This document shows positions 45,180 to 61,197 of a stretch of DNA of 64,000 bases, in pieces (within the stretch, counting starts at the first letter, position 1; every line of letters starts with the position of its first letter). The translations under genes were made by a program, and so were the position numbers. Source of the DNA: the human T2T-CHM13v2.0 reference genome, Homo sapiens; assembly GCF_009914755.1 (NCBI RefSeq), contig NC_060947.1. One strand, written 5' to 3'. The notes under the pieces are model-generated. The model was given only the letters and a program-made list of their open reading frames with translations. It was not told the origin of the DNA and did not search any database.

Positions 45180-45890
45180 TCACTTATATTATTTGTTATG
45201 GTAAATCTAAAGCTGCTGTAACAAAGGGACTCCCCAATGTAGTGGCTTCCAGAATAAATAAATTTCTTGTATAGCAACAAATCCAGATACTAGTGGTTCA
45301 GATTGATCGCTGGCTACGCTGAAAGTAGTTATTCAGGTATTCTGAGGTCCTTTTCATCTTGTTGTTCTACCATCCTTTAGAGTAGGGATCAGCAAATTGT
45401 AGCCTGTGGGTTAAATCTGGCTCTCTGTCTGTTTTTGGTAAATAAAGGTTTATTAGCACGCAGCCTCACTCATTTGTGTATCTGTTGCCTATGGCTGCTT
45501 TTGTACTGCAATAGCAGTGTTAAACTGTTGTAATAAAGACCCTATGTGGCCCTTAAAGCCTAAAATATTTACTGTCTGGAACTTTACAGAAAAAGTTTGC
45601 CCACCTCTGCCCAAGAGAATTGTCTTGATTAGCATAGTCAAAAATGGGTCCCAGACACCTCACGTTTAAGTTTAAGAGACAGTGGAAGAGCCAGGGTTTG
45701 TTTTATACTAGAGATGACACAGAAGTTACACATATCACTTTAATTCACATCCTATTGACCAAAATTAGCCGTAAGCCTCAGATAAATGCAAGGGAAGTTT
45801 GAAAATACAGTATCTAGTTATTATTGTTCTTGCTTTCTGGAAAAATAGGATAGCTGGTTATGTTGGACAACCAGTAGACTGTCACATTTG
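45180..45890 (-). mobile_element. Old MLT1 LTR interrupted by MER58A (45382-45610)
   Basis: gctgctgtaacaaa...cacatcctattgaccaaaattag; the inner element ends tttacagaaaaagtttgcccacctctg. Confidence 0.7.
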
Positions 45891-47154
45891 TGTTTTTGTA
45901 GATGTTCTTAAGGACAAAATAATATATCTTGAATCACAATATCAATGGAAGTATATGCCATTTGTGAACTTGATCTGTTGAGTGATTTGCAATCAACAAA
46001 TGATTTGAAAAATAAAAGGGTTGAAAAAAGTTAGTGTACTATATGCACTGTTTTGTTTTGTGTCTTTAGTTACACTGGCTCTTGTGTGGTGTGTGTTGAT
46101 TTTGAACAGTAGTAGGGAGTGGGGAGGGGAAAAGAGCCAAAGAATAAACAAAGCTCTCAAGAAGTACAGGGTAGGTATACTGTAAATAGCAGGATAAAGG
46201 ACAGAGAATTGGAAAATGGACCCAGAAATTAAAGAGACCACATCTCGATTATAGCTCTGCCAGTTGATAGCTGTGACAAGGTTTGGGTTTCAGTTTTGTC
46301 ATCTGTAAAATGGGGATAATAATAGCACCCAGTCTGTATGGTTGTTGTAATGATTAAATTAGATAATGCAAATATAACTGTGCTTCACAGGGGGGCTGTC
46401 AAGAAGTTAACATTCTTTAAAAGTGTGAGTTAATATTATTAGCAGCTTTGACTTATAAGAGCAGTGGAAAACAAAGCTATAAAAAAGGGAAACTTGCTAA
46501 TTATTAATCACCTACTTGGCATCAAGAATTGTGATAGGGAGTGTATGTGTGTTATCTCGTTGGAGTAGTACAGATGTGTACCACTTTAAAATTATTATTA
46601 GTCACTTATGCCTCTGTGTTAAGTATCAGAAAATATCTTAATGGGGCAGGTGTGGAAACTAGAGATCATAAAATAAAAGAGCAAGCATGGGGGAAGGGAA
46701 GGATAGAGATCACATTGGGGAAGGGTCAATTACATTATCTTGCCAAAGGCCAAAACTGATCTATTACTTTAAAAATATGAATGAACTCAGAAGCAAATTT
46801 GAAATCTATAATGCCAAATATTGAAGAAAGAGTTTACATCGAAATAAAAGTCAAATTTGAAAAATAGGTGCATTTTTTTTAAATTACATGACACCTTGGA
46901 AATAGGTGTGTTTTTAAATTTTGTCTTTTAAGAGAAGTATTGATTTTCTAGTTTGATTTTGGCTATTTATTTTCATGAACGTTTTCTGAATAAGGAATTT
47001 AATTTTTATATTATGATTAAAATTCTCTTTTGCAATTATTTTAATGTATTGTAGTTCATCAAATTTTTGGCATTAAGAATATTGACATTTCACATTCTAC
47101 TTTCATCATTTTTAAAAAGGATTATGCTAATCAAACATCATCATTGATTTTTAC

Positions 47155-47373
47155 TTTTGAAGTCTTAACCATATATTACTATCGGGTCGCATGCTCAGAA
47201 GAAGAAGCCTGCCTTCAGAGATTTATTTTTAGAATGTAATAAAGAATAATTAGAAGAAATAATTTTTCCATAGAGCCAAATATTACTCAGTGGAAGACGT
47301 AGAGGTATATTTAAAATACCTTTGCCAAAGTTTAATTTCTTGAAAGAAACATAATACTCTATGCAAAATTTTC
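47155..47373 (-). pseudogene. Polycystin-like block 4 (REJ)
   Basis: tttaactttcag|...EIKLW...TSTSSTE*YLALWKNYF versus recalled PKDREJ EMLFDW...TVTGRNGAYLSIKAFAF (same T-x-T-x5-YL-x-[IL]-x4-F spacing) and PKD1 TSTGS. Confidence 0.58.
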
Positions 47374-47562
47374 CTGAAAGTTAAATATGATTTATTAAAT
47401 AAGCTGGTGTCATGTATCATTAACAAAATTGATGACTCCTCAAATTTGTGTTAATGTTAACCCAAGTGTTCATTGTAGGTAGTGAGGGATAATTAGTTAT
47501 GCCTGGGAAGTCTCATATGTTTGCATTAAAAATTTTGAAGAGGAGGAACATTCAATAAATAT

Positions 47563-47744
47563 TGTTGATAGCCTCAAAAATGACCCCCAATGATGATCTA
47601 TGTTTCCTGCTATTTACACCCTTGTATAGTCTCCCTGCAAATTGTATGAGGCTTAGAATTTGTGACCAATAGCATATGGTAGAAGTGATGTTATGTCATT
47701 TCAGAGATTAAGTTATACAAGACTGAGCCTTCTGTCTTTGGTGT

Positions 47745-47802
<58 letters not shown>

Positions 47803-48109
47803 AAGATATGCTGTTGGGGAAACCATGCCATGTGCAGCTCTATGGAAAAGCCTACATGGCAAGGAACTGAAACCTCCTGGCAACAGTCACATAAATGTGA
47901 TTGTAAATGGATGCTTCAGCCCCTTTGGAGAGTGCCTCCCTGGTGGATAGCTTGACTACCACTTTATGGGAGACCCTGAATCAGAAACTCCTAGCTAAGC
48001 TGATCCCAGATTCCTGATTCTCAGAAAGTATGTGATATAATAATTGTTTGTAGTTTTAAGATATTAAGCTTTAGAGTAATTTGTTACACAGCAGTAAATG
48101 ACTAATACA
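47563..48109 (+). mobile_element. MLT1 LTR with internal (TC)n at 47751-47800
   Basis: aaaatgacccccaatga...atttgttacacagcagtaaatgactaataca. Confidence 0.8.
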
Positions 48110-48283
48110 AATATGATGGCTTTAGGCATTTCAAAGAATTTCTCTATAACAGGAAGAAAACAATATTTCATATTTTGCTGGTACGCCAGACAAACCTTAT
48201 ACATTAGTGATTATTAAAATAATAATAATTTCATCTGTCATTCATTGAATCCTCACTATCTGTCAAATAGTATACCGAGCATT

Positions 48284-49879
48284 TGTTGACCAAAAAAAGC
48301 AAGCTCTGTAAAATTTTTAAAGAGGTTTATTCGAAGCCAATATGAGTGTCCATGGCCTGGGAAGTAGTCTCAGGAGGTCCTGAGAAAGTGTGCCTGAGGT
48401 GGTCCGGTTTGTTTTTATACATTTTTGGGAGACAGAAGTTACGGGCAAAGACATAAATCAGTACATGTAGGATATGCATTGGTTCAGCCCAGAAAGGCAG
48501 GGCATCTTGAAGTGGGGGGCTTACAGGTCATAGGTGGATTCAAAGATTTTCTGGTTGGCAATTAGTTGAAAGAGTTAAATTAAGACTTGACATTAGTAGG
48601 AAAAAATACTTGATTTAAAATAAGGGGTGCCGTAGAAGCCAAGGTTCTTGTTACGTAATCGTTACCAGCAGCAAATCCATATGGGGCTGCAGCAACCTTA
48701 ATTCTTGTTTCTTCAGAAGAGAGAATTCAACAGAGGGGACATAAGACGAGTGAGAGACCGAGGCAAATTTTAGAGCAGGAGTGAAAGTTTATTAAGAAAG
48801 TTTCAGAGCAGAAACAAAAGGAAGTAAAGTACACTTGGAAGAGGGTCAAGTGGGCAACTTGAGAGTGGAGCTCACAGTTACATCTTTGACTTGGGGTTTT
48901 ATATGTTGGCATGCTTTCAGGGTCTGCGTTACTTCTTCCCTGATTTTTCGCTTGGGGTGTGCTGCCCACACGCACAGTGGCCTGCCAGCACTCGGGAGGG
49001 GCTGCACTATGCAGTGTGCTTGCTGGAGTTGTACACATGCTCACTTGAGGTGTTCTTCCCTTACTTGTTGAATGCTCTTAGAAGGTCATAAACCAGTTAA
49101 ACTCTGCCATTTTTCCTCTTAGTAAGCATGCTTGAACCCACTCGCCTAACTCCTGAGATCTTACTGGAAAGCTGCTGATTACCAGTTTCAAGTGTTTCTA
49201 TCTATTGGGAGACGGCCTTTCCCTGGCACTGGCTATGACCAATGATTATTTTAGAGAGACAGTTTAATAACTACCTGACAGTCACCTGATGGTTGTCTGA
49301 GACTCCTGGTGGTAGTGGTGGGGTTGGGTGGGGGGGCTTCTCCTGCCCTGCTCATGTCTGACTAGCTACCTATTATAACACAATAAAGGCTCCAGGTAGC
49401 AGGCTTCAGAGAGAATAGGTGGTAAATGCCTTTTTTTGGACCTTAAAAGGTATCATACTCTTAATCTCTCTGAGATTCAGGAAAGGCCTAGTTACATTAC
49501 TGGAGATTTTATACAGATGCAAAATTTCCCCCACAAAAGATAGCTTTGCAAGACTATTTCAAAATATGTCAAAGAAATATATTTTGGTGTAAAATATTTT
49601 GATTTCCTTCAAGGTCTACTATATGTCATATGATGCTATACCAGAGTCAGGTTGCAATTTGGTATCTTATTGCCAAAGATTGTTCTGTCAGTCTTATGAT
49701 TTCTATTTTAATGTTAATGCTGGTCGGTTGTGCCTAAACTCCAAAAGGGAGGGGGTATAATTAGGTGGGTACAGCATCCCTTCCCATCATGGCTAGGAAT
49801 TCAGTTTTTCAAGTTTTCCTTGGTCCAGAGGGGGTTTGTTCAGTCTGTTGAAGAGCTTAGGATTTTATTTTGGTTTACA
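48284..49879 (-). mobile_element. MER4(D/E)-type LTR with nested MER50
   Basis: Antisense start tgtaaaccaaaataaaatcctaag; TSD CATT. Confidence 0.88.
48660..49380 (-). mobile_element. MER50-type LTR
   Basis: Antisense start tgttataataggtagctagtcagacatgagcagggcaggaga; TSD taat/caat. Confidence 0.85.
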
Positions 49880-50202
49880 CATTTAACATATATTATCTCC
49901 TTTAATTATTTCAAAAATCTTATAACACATTATTATCTTCATTTTATAGATAAGGAAACCAAGGAAGGCTAAGAAAGTTTAAGCAGCTTGCTTATAATCA
50001 TATACCTGAGAGGTACAGCTGGAACTAAAAATCCTAGTCTCTTTGACTCCAAATTTGGCTTCTAATAAATATGTCAAAAAAGGCCACTATGTCAGATGGC
50101 TACAGTGTTGTTGGGAAAGATCCTACTACACCCCGAATCCTCACCTAACCATTTATCTCGCTGTTTTCCAAAGTTGTTTTTACCAAGACTCCCAGAAAGA
50201 TA

Positions 50203-50575
50203 TGTATTAGCCCGTTTTCACACTGCTATAAAGAACTACCTGAGACTGGGTAATTTACAAAGAAAAGAGGTTTAATTGACTCACAGTTCTGCAGGCTGTA
50301 CAGAAAGCATGGCTGAGAGGCCTCAGGAAACTTATAATCATGGCGGAAGGTGAAGGGGAAGCAAGCACTGTCTTCACATGGTGGCAGGAGATAAAGTTGG
50401 GGGAAGTGCTATACACTTTTAAACAACCAGATATTATGAGAACTCCGTCATGGGAACAGCAAGGGGGACGTCCACCCCCATAATTCTGTCACCTCCCACT
50501 AGGCCCCTTCTCCAACACATGAGGATTACAATTTGACGTGAGATTTGGGTGAGGACACAGAGCCAAACAATATCA
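50203..50575 (-). mobile_element. MSTA solo LTR
   Basis: MST termini; perfect TSD AGATA. Confidence 0.92.
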
Positions 50576-50883
50576 AGATAGTTTGCATCATGTCTGGTGT
50601 ACATGCTCATGCACACACACGCACACACACACAATTGAAATAAACACGACAAAATTTACTCTTATGTACTCTGACATTTTCTATTATAATCAATTTTAAT
50701 CAGTTTGATTAAAACATTGCTGATCACAATTTCCCAAATATCCAACCCTCATTTTGAAAAGCTCATTCTAGGCTGATGCTTGAAACCTTTTTTCAATGAT
50801 AAATTCTTAAATTTAAGGGCTGCTTTTTGTTAAAATGCAAATGTAACACTAGGCTACATAAAGGCTAGCCTTGCATTACAAGT

Positions 50884-51117
50884 CAAATCCATTCATTTGA
50901 AAAGTAAACACTGCAGCCTGCTGCCATTTCTTTAGCCCGTACAATTTTCAAAAGATGTTTTTGTAATGTAAATGTCTTTAGGTGGGGCCATTTTCTTTTG
51001 TTCATCACAGGCCCCACAAACCCTGTTGTTTCATATCCATCCATTGCTCAGTTTTCTATGATCTGTTAGGTTCCTTAGAGCACTTGACCTTGCATCCTCT
51101 GTTATTTACTTTTGAAG
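50884..51117 (-). pseudogene. Polycystin-like block 3 (REJ)
   Basis: One frame with 4 stops: RKLSNGWI*NNRV...PPKDIYIT...ENCTG*RNGSRLQCLLFK*MD versus recalled RKDSRTAFSDKRV...GPKAIAHITCIENCERNFIVSDRFSLFLNCTN. Confidence 0.55.
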
Positions 51118-51647
51118 CAGCAGTTATCCAGTTGAATAGTACCATTTTTAGGGGATGTTTCAAAAATGGGGAGAGTGCTTTTTTTTTTGCTTGTCACAAT
51201 GCTGGAGGTGGATGTCGCCCTGGCATTTAATGGGAAGAGGGAGCCAGGGATATTAGATACTCTGCAATATGTTTGGACAAGCCCACATGACAAAGATGTT
51301 TTTTCCCCTGTATCCCACATGACTTTCAACTGCTTCCTCCTGACATTCCCATAGGTAAAAACCTAAAATTATCTGGGTCTAGATTATAGATCCGTTTTTC
51401 ATATAAATGCAAAATGTTTTGTATAGTTTTAATTTTCCAGAAATGCAACTGTCGTGCAGACCAAGGGAAGATTTTACTTTGTTTTGTTTAGAAATTATCT
51501 AGGGTTGTTTGCCATTTCTGAAAGTCATGACATTAGTGTGAGTGCCCATTTGTGATATTTGAGTTGTCAGTACAACTCTCCATATTCATCTGCATTTGTG
51601 GTTGTCACTTACATGGCAATTTTGTCACATTCATGGTAATTCTATGG

Positions 51648-52076
51648 TGTATTAGTTAATTTTTTGTTGCTGTTAAAGAATACCTTAGACTGGGTAATTT
51701 ATAGAGAAAAGAGTTTTACTTAGTTTACAGTTCTGCAGGCTGAGAAGTTCAAGGACATGGCCCTGGCTTCATTCTGCATCAAAACATGATAGAGAAGTTC
51801 AAAGGGGAAGTGGACATGTGTGATGAGGAAAATTTGAGAGGCATCCTGGCTTTTTAACAACTTTCTCTCACAGGAACTAACCCATTCCTGTGAAAAATAA
51901 TCCAGTTTCAAGAGAATGAGAACTCATTATCACAAGAACAGCACCAAGACATTCATGAGGGATCTGCTCCCATAGCCCAAAACCTTCCACTAGGCCCCAC
52001 TTTCCAACACCTCCACACTGGGAATCAAATTTCAACATAAGCTTTGGTGAAGACAAACTATATACAAACCATAGCA
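51648..52076 (-). mobile_element. MSTB-type solo LTR
   Basis: tgtattagt...aaaccatagca; TSD TATGG. Confidence 0.9.
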
Positions 52077-52237
52077 TATGGATATATTTTTATAGCCCTT
52101 ATTTTGAAATGTCAAATATAAATAAAAATAGTAAAATATTCAATTCAATATTGTTTTACTTATTTATCTTAAATCCAATGTCTTTAAGTAGGTACAAGAT
52201 CTAACTAATTCATTATGTCTTTTGCTATATTGATGCC

Positions 52238-53625
52238 TGTATTAGTATGTTTTCACACCACTATAAAGAACTACCTGACACTGGGTAATTTATAAAGATA
52301 AGAGTTTTAATTGATTCACAGTTCTGCAAGGCTGGGGAGGCCTCAGGAAACTTACAATCATGGTGGAAGGTGAAGGGGAAGCAAGGCACGTCTTACATGG
52401 TGGCAAGAGAGAGAGAAAGAAGGGGGAAGTGCCACACTTTTAAACGATCAAATCTCATGAGAACTCACTCACTATCATGAAAACAGCTTGGGGAAAACTG
52501 CCCACATGATCCCATCACCTCCCACCAGGCCCCTTCCTCAACACATGGGGATTACAATTTGAGATGAAATTTGGGTGGGGACACAGAGCCAAACCATATT
52601 ATTCTACCTCTGGCTCCTCCCAAATCTCATGTCTTTCTCATATTTCAAAACACAATCATGCCTTCCCAACAGTCCTCCAAAGTCTTAACTCATTCCAGCA
52701 TTAGCTCAAAAGTCCAAGTCCAAAGTTTCATCTGACACAAGGCAAGTCCCTTACACCTATGAGTCTGTAAAATCAAAAACAAGTTAGTTACTTCCAAGAT
52801 AGATACAGTGGGGGGGTATGGGCATTGGGTAAATGCTCCCATTTCAAATGGGAGAAATTGGCCAAAATAAAGGGGCTACAGGCAGTCATTAAATCTTAAA
52901 GCTCTGAAATGAATTTCTTTTAATCCATGTCTCACATCCAGGGCACACTGATGCAAGGGGTGGGCTCCCACAGCCTTGGGGAGCACTGTCCCTGTGGCTC
53001 TGTAGGGTATAGCCCCCAGTGCTGCTTTTACGGGCTGGCATTGAGCACCTGAGGCTTTTCCAGGAGCACGGTGCAAGCTATCTACCATTCCAGGGTCTGG
53101 AGGATGGTGGCCCTCTTCTCACAACTCCACTAGGCAGTGCCCCAGAGGGGACTCTGTGTGGGGGCTCCAACCCCGCATTTCCCCTCTGCATTGCCCAAGT
53201 AGAGGTTCTCCATGAGGGTTCCACCCCTGCAACACACACCTGCTTGGATATTCAGGCATTTCCATACATCCTCTGAAATCTAGGTGGAGGTTCCCAAAGC
53301 TCAAATCTTGTCTTCTGTGCACCCATAGGCCCAACACCACATTGAAGGCACTAAGGATTGGGGCTTGCATTCTCTGAAGCCATGGCCCAAGCTGTATCTT
53401 GGCCCCTTTTAGCCATAACTGAAGCTGGAGCAGCTGGGACACAGGTTGCCCAGTCCCGAGGCTGCACAGAGCAACACTGGGGCCCTGGCTCAAGAAATCA
53501 TTTTTCCCTCCTAGGCCTCTGGGCTTGTGAATGGAGGGGCTACCACAAAGATCTCTGTTATGCCCTGGAGACATTGTCCCCATTGTCTTGGCTATTAACA
53601 TTCGGCTCCTTGTTACTTACGCATA
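52238..53625 (-). mobile_element. MSTA LTR (52238-52601) plus MST-int fragment
   Basis: LTR followed by cctcccaaatctcatgtc... MaLR internal sequence; truncated. Confidence 0.9.
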
Positions 53626-53865
53626 GCATATGATCTTATTATGAAGCCCTTTCCTGGCATTTCTCTTTTGTGTTTTAATTAAACCGTTTTATTGATTTTC
53701 TGAAATTTCATGCTTAGATGGGCTATATTTCTATAATTTTGATTTTAGGATCATAAAGAGGGCATTACAAAATATTTGACAAAACAAGGAGGCATTGGTC
53801 TGATAGAGGCGAGGACCAATGCTATATAACTGTGCAACAGTGGTGCTTGAGCAACTATTTAAATA

Positions 53866-54214
53866 CAGTCATGCATTGCATAGTAACTCTTCAGTAAATG
53901 CCGGGCTGCATATATTAATACAATGGTGATTCCATAAGGTTATAATACCATATTTTTACTGTACCTTTTAAATATTTATACCTTTTATAGATATGTTTAG
54001 ATACACAAATACTTTCCATTGTGTTAATATTGTCTACAGTATTCAGTACAGTAACATGCTGTACAGGTTTGTAGCTTAGGAGCAACAGGCTATACCATAT
54101 AGACTAGGTATGGTAAGCTATACTATTTAGGTTTGTGTATAACGTTCACACCATGACAAATTGCCTAACAATGCATTTTTCAGATCCTATCTCTTGTTAA
54201 ATAACATATGACCG
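53866..54214 (+). mobile_element. Tigger3a-like DNA transposon inside a MER5-like element
   Basis: TA-cagtcatgc...atatgaccg-TA, 349 bp. Confidence 0.82.
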
Positions 54215-54305
54215 TATACAGATTTATAGGCCGAAACTAAGGCCTAATGAATTAGAACCTGTGAGGGCTGAGTTCCAAAGTCTATCTTTTAAATAAACTC
54301 CTGGG

Positions 54306-54758
54306 GTTTAGAAGTTTCTTACATATTTTGGAAATTAACCCCTTTTTAGGTATATGGCTTGCAAATATTTTCTCCCATTTCATAGGTTGCCTTTTTACTC
54401 TGTTGATTGCTTCCTTTGCTGTGCAGAAGCATCTTAGTTTGATGCAATCCCACTTGTCTATTTTTGCTCTTCTTGCCTGTGCTTTTGGTGTCATATTTAA
54501 AAACGTGTTGTCCAGGCGAATGTCAAGAAAGTTTTCCTCTATGTTTTTCTCTACTAATTTTACAATTAATAAACACAACACACAAATAAAAAACCCAAAG
54601 GAACACAAGAAAATATTTGGAGGTGATGGATATGTTTATTACCTGGATTGTGGTGACAGTAACATGTATGTATACATATGTCCAAATTCACCAAATTGTA
54701 AACATTAATTATATGAAATTTTTATATACAAGTTTTACTTCACTGAAGATGAAAAAAA
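54306..54758. mobile_element. 5'-inverted old L1 (L1MA/MB): antisense ORF2 piece plus sense 3' end
   Basis: ORF 54282..54608(-) AKIDKWDCIKLRCFCTAKE, then a sense 3' terminus; TSD aaataaactcctggg/aaagaagctcctggg. Confidence 0.8.
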
Positions 54759-54794
54759 GAAGCTCCTGGGATGATTCTGATGCAGTTCTTCTAG

Positions 54795-55208
<414 letters not shown>

Positions 55209-55214
55209 CTTCAT

Positions 55215-55543
55215 CTCTTTTTTTCTTAAGAGATTGGGTCTCACTCTGCCACCCAGGCTAGAGTGCAGTGCAATGGCACGATCACAGCACTATCATGGCG
55301 TGATAATAGCTCGCTGAAACCCTGAACTCTTGGACTCAAGCAATCCTCCCTCCTCAGCCTCCGGAGTTGCTGAGACTACAGATGTGCACCACCACGCCTG
55401 GCTAATTTTAATTTTTTTTTTTTATAGAGACAAGGTCTCACTATGTTGTCCAGGCTGGTCTCAAACTCCTGGCCTCAAGCAGTACTTCTGCCTTGGCTTC
55501 TAAAAATTTCTGGGATTACACATATGAGCCACCATGCCTGTCC
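55215..55543 (-). mobile_element. AluJ
   Basis: Diverged antisense dimer. Confidence 0.9.
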
Positions 55544-55594
55544 TTCATTTCTTCTTAGGAAAGAAAATAAATTACTTATTCCATCTTTTATTTT

Positions 55595-57651
<2,057 letters not shown>

Positions 57652-57739
57652 TTATATCTGCCTACAGTATGCTTAAAGGGTCAGTAGCTTAAAGAAGTCT
57701 TTATTTGACTTAATGTTCTTCCTAAAACTGTCCTTTATC

Positions 57740-58780
57740 ATTCACATTTCCTCCCAAACGAAGGTCTTGAAAAAGTAGTGTATCATCTCTAACTCCACTA
57801 ATATTTCTCTTTTCTCAGTGACTTGTGATATGTCTTCTGCCCTCACCACATTAATAGAGCTGCCCTTTCAAACCATTCTAACTGACAATACAGTGGCATC
57901 TTTTCAGTACTCATTCTGTTTAGATTCTTTGCAGCATTATTACTTTTAGAATAACTCCTCCTACTAGAATATTTTTTTCTTGGTTTCTAAAAGACTGAGC
58001 TCTCCTGATTCTCCTCTTACCTTTCTGATAAACTCTGATGAAGTTTCTTTCTGACTCATCTTTCATCTACTCATTATAAATCCCCTCAAAGATTCCATCC
58101 TAAGATCAATTTTCTGTATGTATGTATCACCCAAATTGTATCACCAACCATTTTTTGGGGGGGATTCAAGACTGTATTTTAATCTGCCTCCTGGTTATTT
58201 ATTTATACCTAGTAAATCTTTAAGATATTTCAGTTTTATGTGTCTAAAGCTGAATCCCTCATTCCTCATAAAAAAGTTACAATTCCTTTTTCCTAGTTAG
58301 TTAATATCACTACCAAATTACTCAGACTTGAAACTGCGGTCAATGTAAACAACTCTTTCTCACTCTTCATATACAATCAGTTATCAAATCCTACTGATTC
58401 TTCTTTTGCAAAATTTCCTATAAATCATTCAAATTCCTACAACAACTATCATTATTTCAAGTACTATTTCTTCCACTTAGACTGTGGCCTCCTAACTGCT
58501 CTTCTTCTAAGCTCTCTTGTGGGAACTATAGCTTAGCAGTTAACTACTTGGCCTTCAGAGCCAGACTATCAATGTTTGACTTTACCACTTACTGCATGAC
58601 CTTGTACAAATTACTTAGTCTCTCTCTATGCTTTAATTTCCCCACCTATAAAATAAGGCCATCAGGAGCATTGACCACATAAGATTGTTCTGATGATGAA
58701 AAAGGATGCTATATATACAGTGCTTCAAAAATTGTCTGATACAGGTTAAGCACTCAGTAATTGTCAATCATTATTAAATT
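57740..58780 (+). mobile_element. L2 fragment followed by MIR (58520-58780)
   Basis: L2 motifs (cagtactcattctg, atacaatcagttatcaaatcct) and MIR core catgaccttgtacaaattacttagtctctc. Confidence 0.62.
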
Positions 58781-59050
58781 ACCAGCATTTTTATTCAGGT
58801 TTATGTTTTTCCATTCAAACTGTCCTAGTGTTCTCTGCTCTTAGAAGTCTTTATGATTGTAAGTAGCCTCAATTATTTAGGCCCATTTGATGTTTTGCAT
58901 AAATTAAGCATGAAGAAATGAATTGCCTTTCACTTTGCTCCCTTTGTAGTTTTGTATAAACTATTTCATAATAATAATTACTCTGTCCAGGTTAGAATAT
59001 GTTAAATATTACCATTTTATAGTATTATTTCTATTTATTAGATCACTTAT

Positions 59051-59198
59051 AGTTCATCTGTGAAATCTGGCTGATGTGGCCTCACATTTCTGGGTAAAGA
59101 AGCGAACATTTCATGAAATCTATAACCATGTATTTGATGTATACCCTCTGTTATGCATTAGATGCTATAATTTTTGCTATCAGATAGTGTAGTTGCTT
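59051..59198 (-). pseudogene. Polycystin-like block 2 (REJ)
   Basis: ttttcctttgcctcataag|(I)SNYTI(fs)IAKIIASNA*...FMKCSLLYPEM*GHIS(fs)DFTDEL versus recalled PKDREJ GVYVF...IVRSSLQAVMLGDANITANFTEQL. Confidence 0.6.
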
Positions 59199-60767
59199 CT
59201 TATGAGGCAAAGGAAAAAATCTAATTTTAATTAAAAAATGTAACACTGACTTTGAGAATGATATTCCTTGAAATATTCCTATTTTCAGTAGACTAAGAAA
59301 ATCTTTCTCTTTGGAGGTGAATATTTATATATGCACTTTACAGTGTGTTTCCCTTCTACCTTTCTTTGTTAATCATTTTGTGTGTACTTTATACCGTGTA
59401 TGTTGAGTTTTCGAGGATAAGTCAATCTCTTCTCTCTGATTAGGTTTAACTTTTATAATCAGGGTAGATGGATTCCCACCTCAACCCTCACCACTCTTAT
59501 CCTGGACAAACTATGTGGATTTTGAGTTCTTGGAAGTTAGACATAGGTTACACAGAGCTTATGCACAATATAGCTCACCCCATGATATATTCAATGCTCA
59601 AACTTAGAAAACGGCCATGGGTGAGAGAGGGGAATACAATGCATTTGCCTTATTGTCCTTCACAGTTTTCAGGGTGTTAAATGCAGAGTTGAGGAGAGAA
59701 GTGGAGGAGAAAAAGGATGGAGAAAGATCACCAGGTAGGGAAGAGGGAAAGGGTATGATGGAAAAGAAACTCCTCAGCCTCTTCATCTATCTCCTGGAAG
59801 ACCTCCTGTAGTATTACCCATCTCCATATAAAGGAATTGATCAGACTTTTGGTATAGGCCCCTTCATCCACTGTAGGTAGCTCTGAAAAGCAACTAATTT
59901 ATGAATCCAGTACAAAAGATCTTTAAAATCCTTATACTCTTAACTTTTCCAACTCCCCCAGTCACCCCATTCTTCCTCACACTTTCCAGTCTTCTCTCCT
60001 TGATTTTACCCTCGATCTTTTTCCGTAGATCCCTTCTTCCATCTTCTTAGCCCCCTCTCGATTCCTTCCTTTCTCGCTACTCCCTTCCCTGACTTGCTTC
60101 TATAGAAGCTGAGATTTCTGCTTATTAGCAGCTGTTAAAGCAGCAGGTGGTGAAACAGCGGGGTGAAGGCCTACCTATATAGTGCAGAGGTCAAAATATA
60201 AATTTGCATGGAGAAACGTGCCGATATATCAGTAAATGAGCATGATACTTATATATCAGTAAATAACTAAGTTGTCACTTAGTTATTAGAACTTTAAAAA
60301 TAGGTACATCTTCAAATTCCCTATATACCATTTACTTTCCACAGCTTGTTTGACTCTTTTCTCATTCACTGCTCACTAACAATCTCTCACTAGGTTGGTT
60401 TCTTCCAGTCTACTGCTTCCCTTCCATAGTCTGCCTAGCTCTTTCCCTGAGTAGTCACAGAATGAAAAGTATACTTTTACATCGATGAAGCTAGTGAAAA
60501 AGCAGAATGGTTTCATTGTCTTTGATTGATGAGGCTGTCTTATCAGTTAAATCAAATCTGCAAACTGAAAGATGCTGCAGCATTTATTTAAGAAGAAACA
60601 AGGAAAATGTTGCATCCTATGGTGTACCTCACCCCTTGTATGCTTACAGTGACTACTGTAAAAACTGAAGACATGGCCTCTGCCTTTAAAAAGTTGATCA
60701 TCTACTTGGTATGATTGAATATACACAATGAGAAACATTTAACAATCAAAATATCAACAAATGCCGA

Positions 60768-61197
<430 letters not shown>

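Larger units (their letters stand above)
51118..53821 (+). mobile_element. MER20B-like hAT transposon split by two MST insertions
   Basis: ttgtcacaatg...ctggcatttaatggg at the start and gggcattacaaaatatttg...ggtctgatag...gaggaccaatg at the end. Confidence 0.7.

Noticed and set aside
47274-47304. 31-nt + strand micro-exon candidate (tag|...gag|gtatat)
   Set aside because: Weak donor, no partner exons, and the same DNA is better explained as minus-strand fossil block 4.
60175-60212. TATA-like element and octamer ATTTGCAT
   Set aside because: Isolated short motifs are expected by chance in AT-rich DNA; no snRNA body follows.
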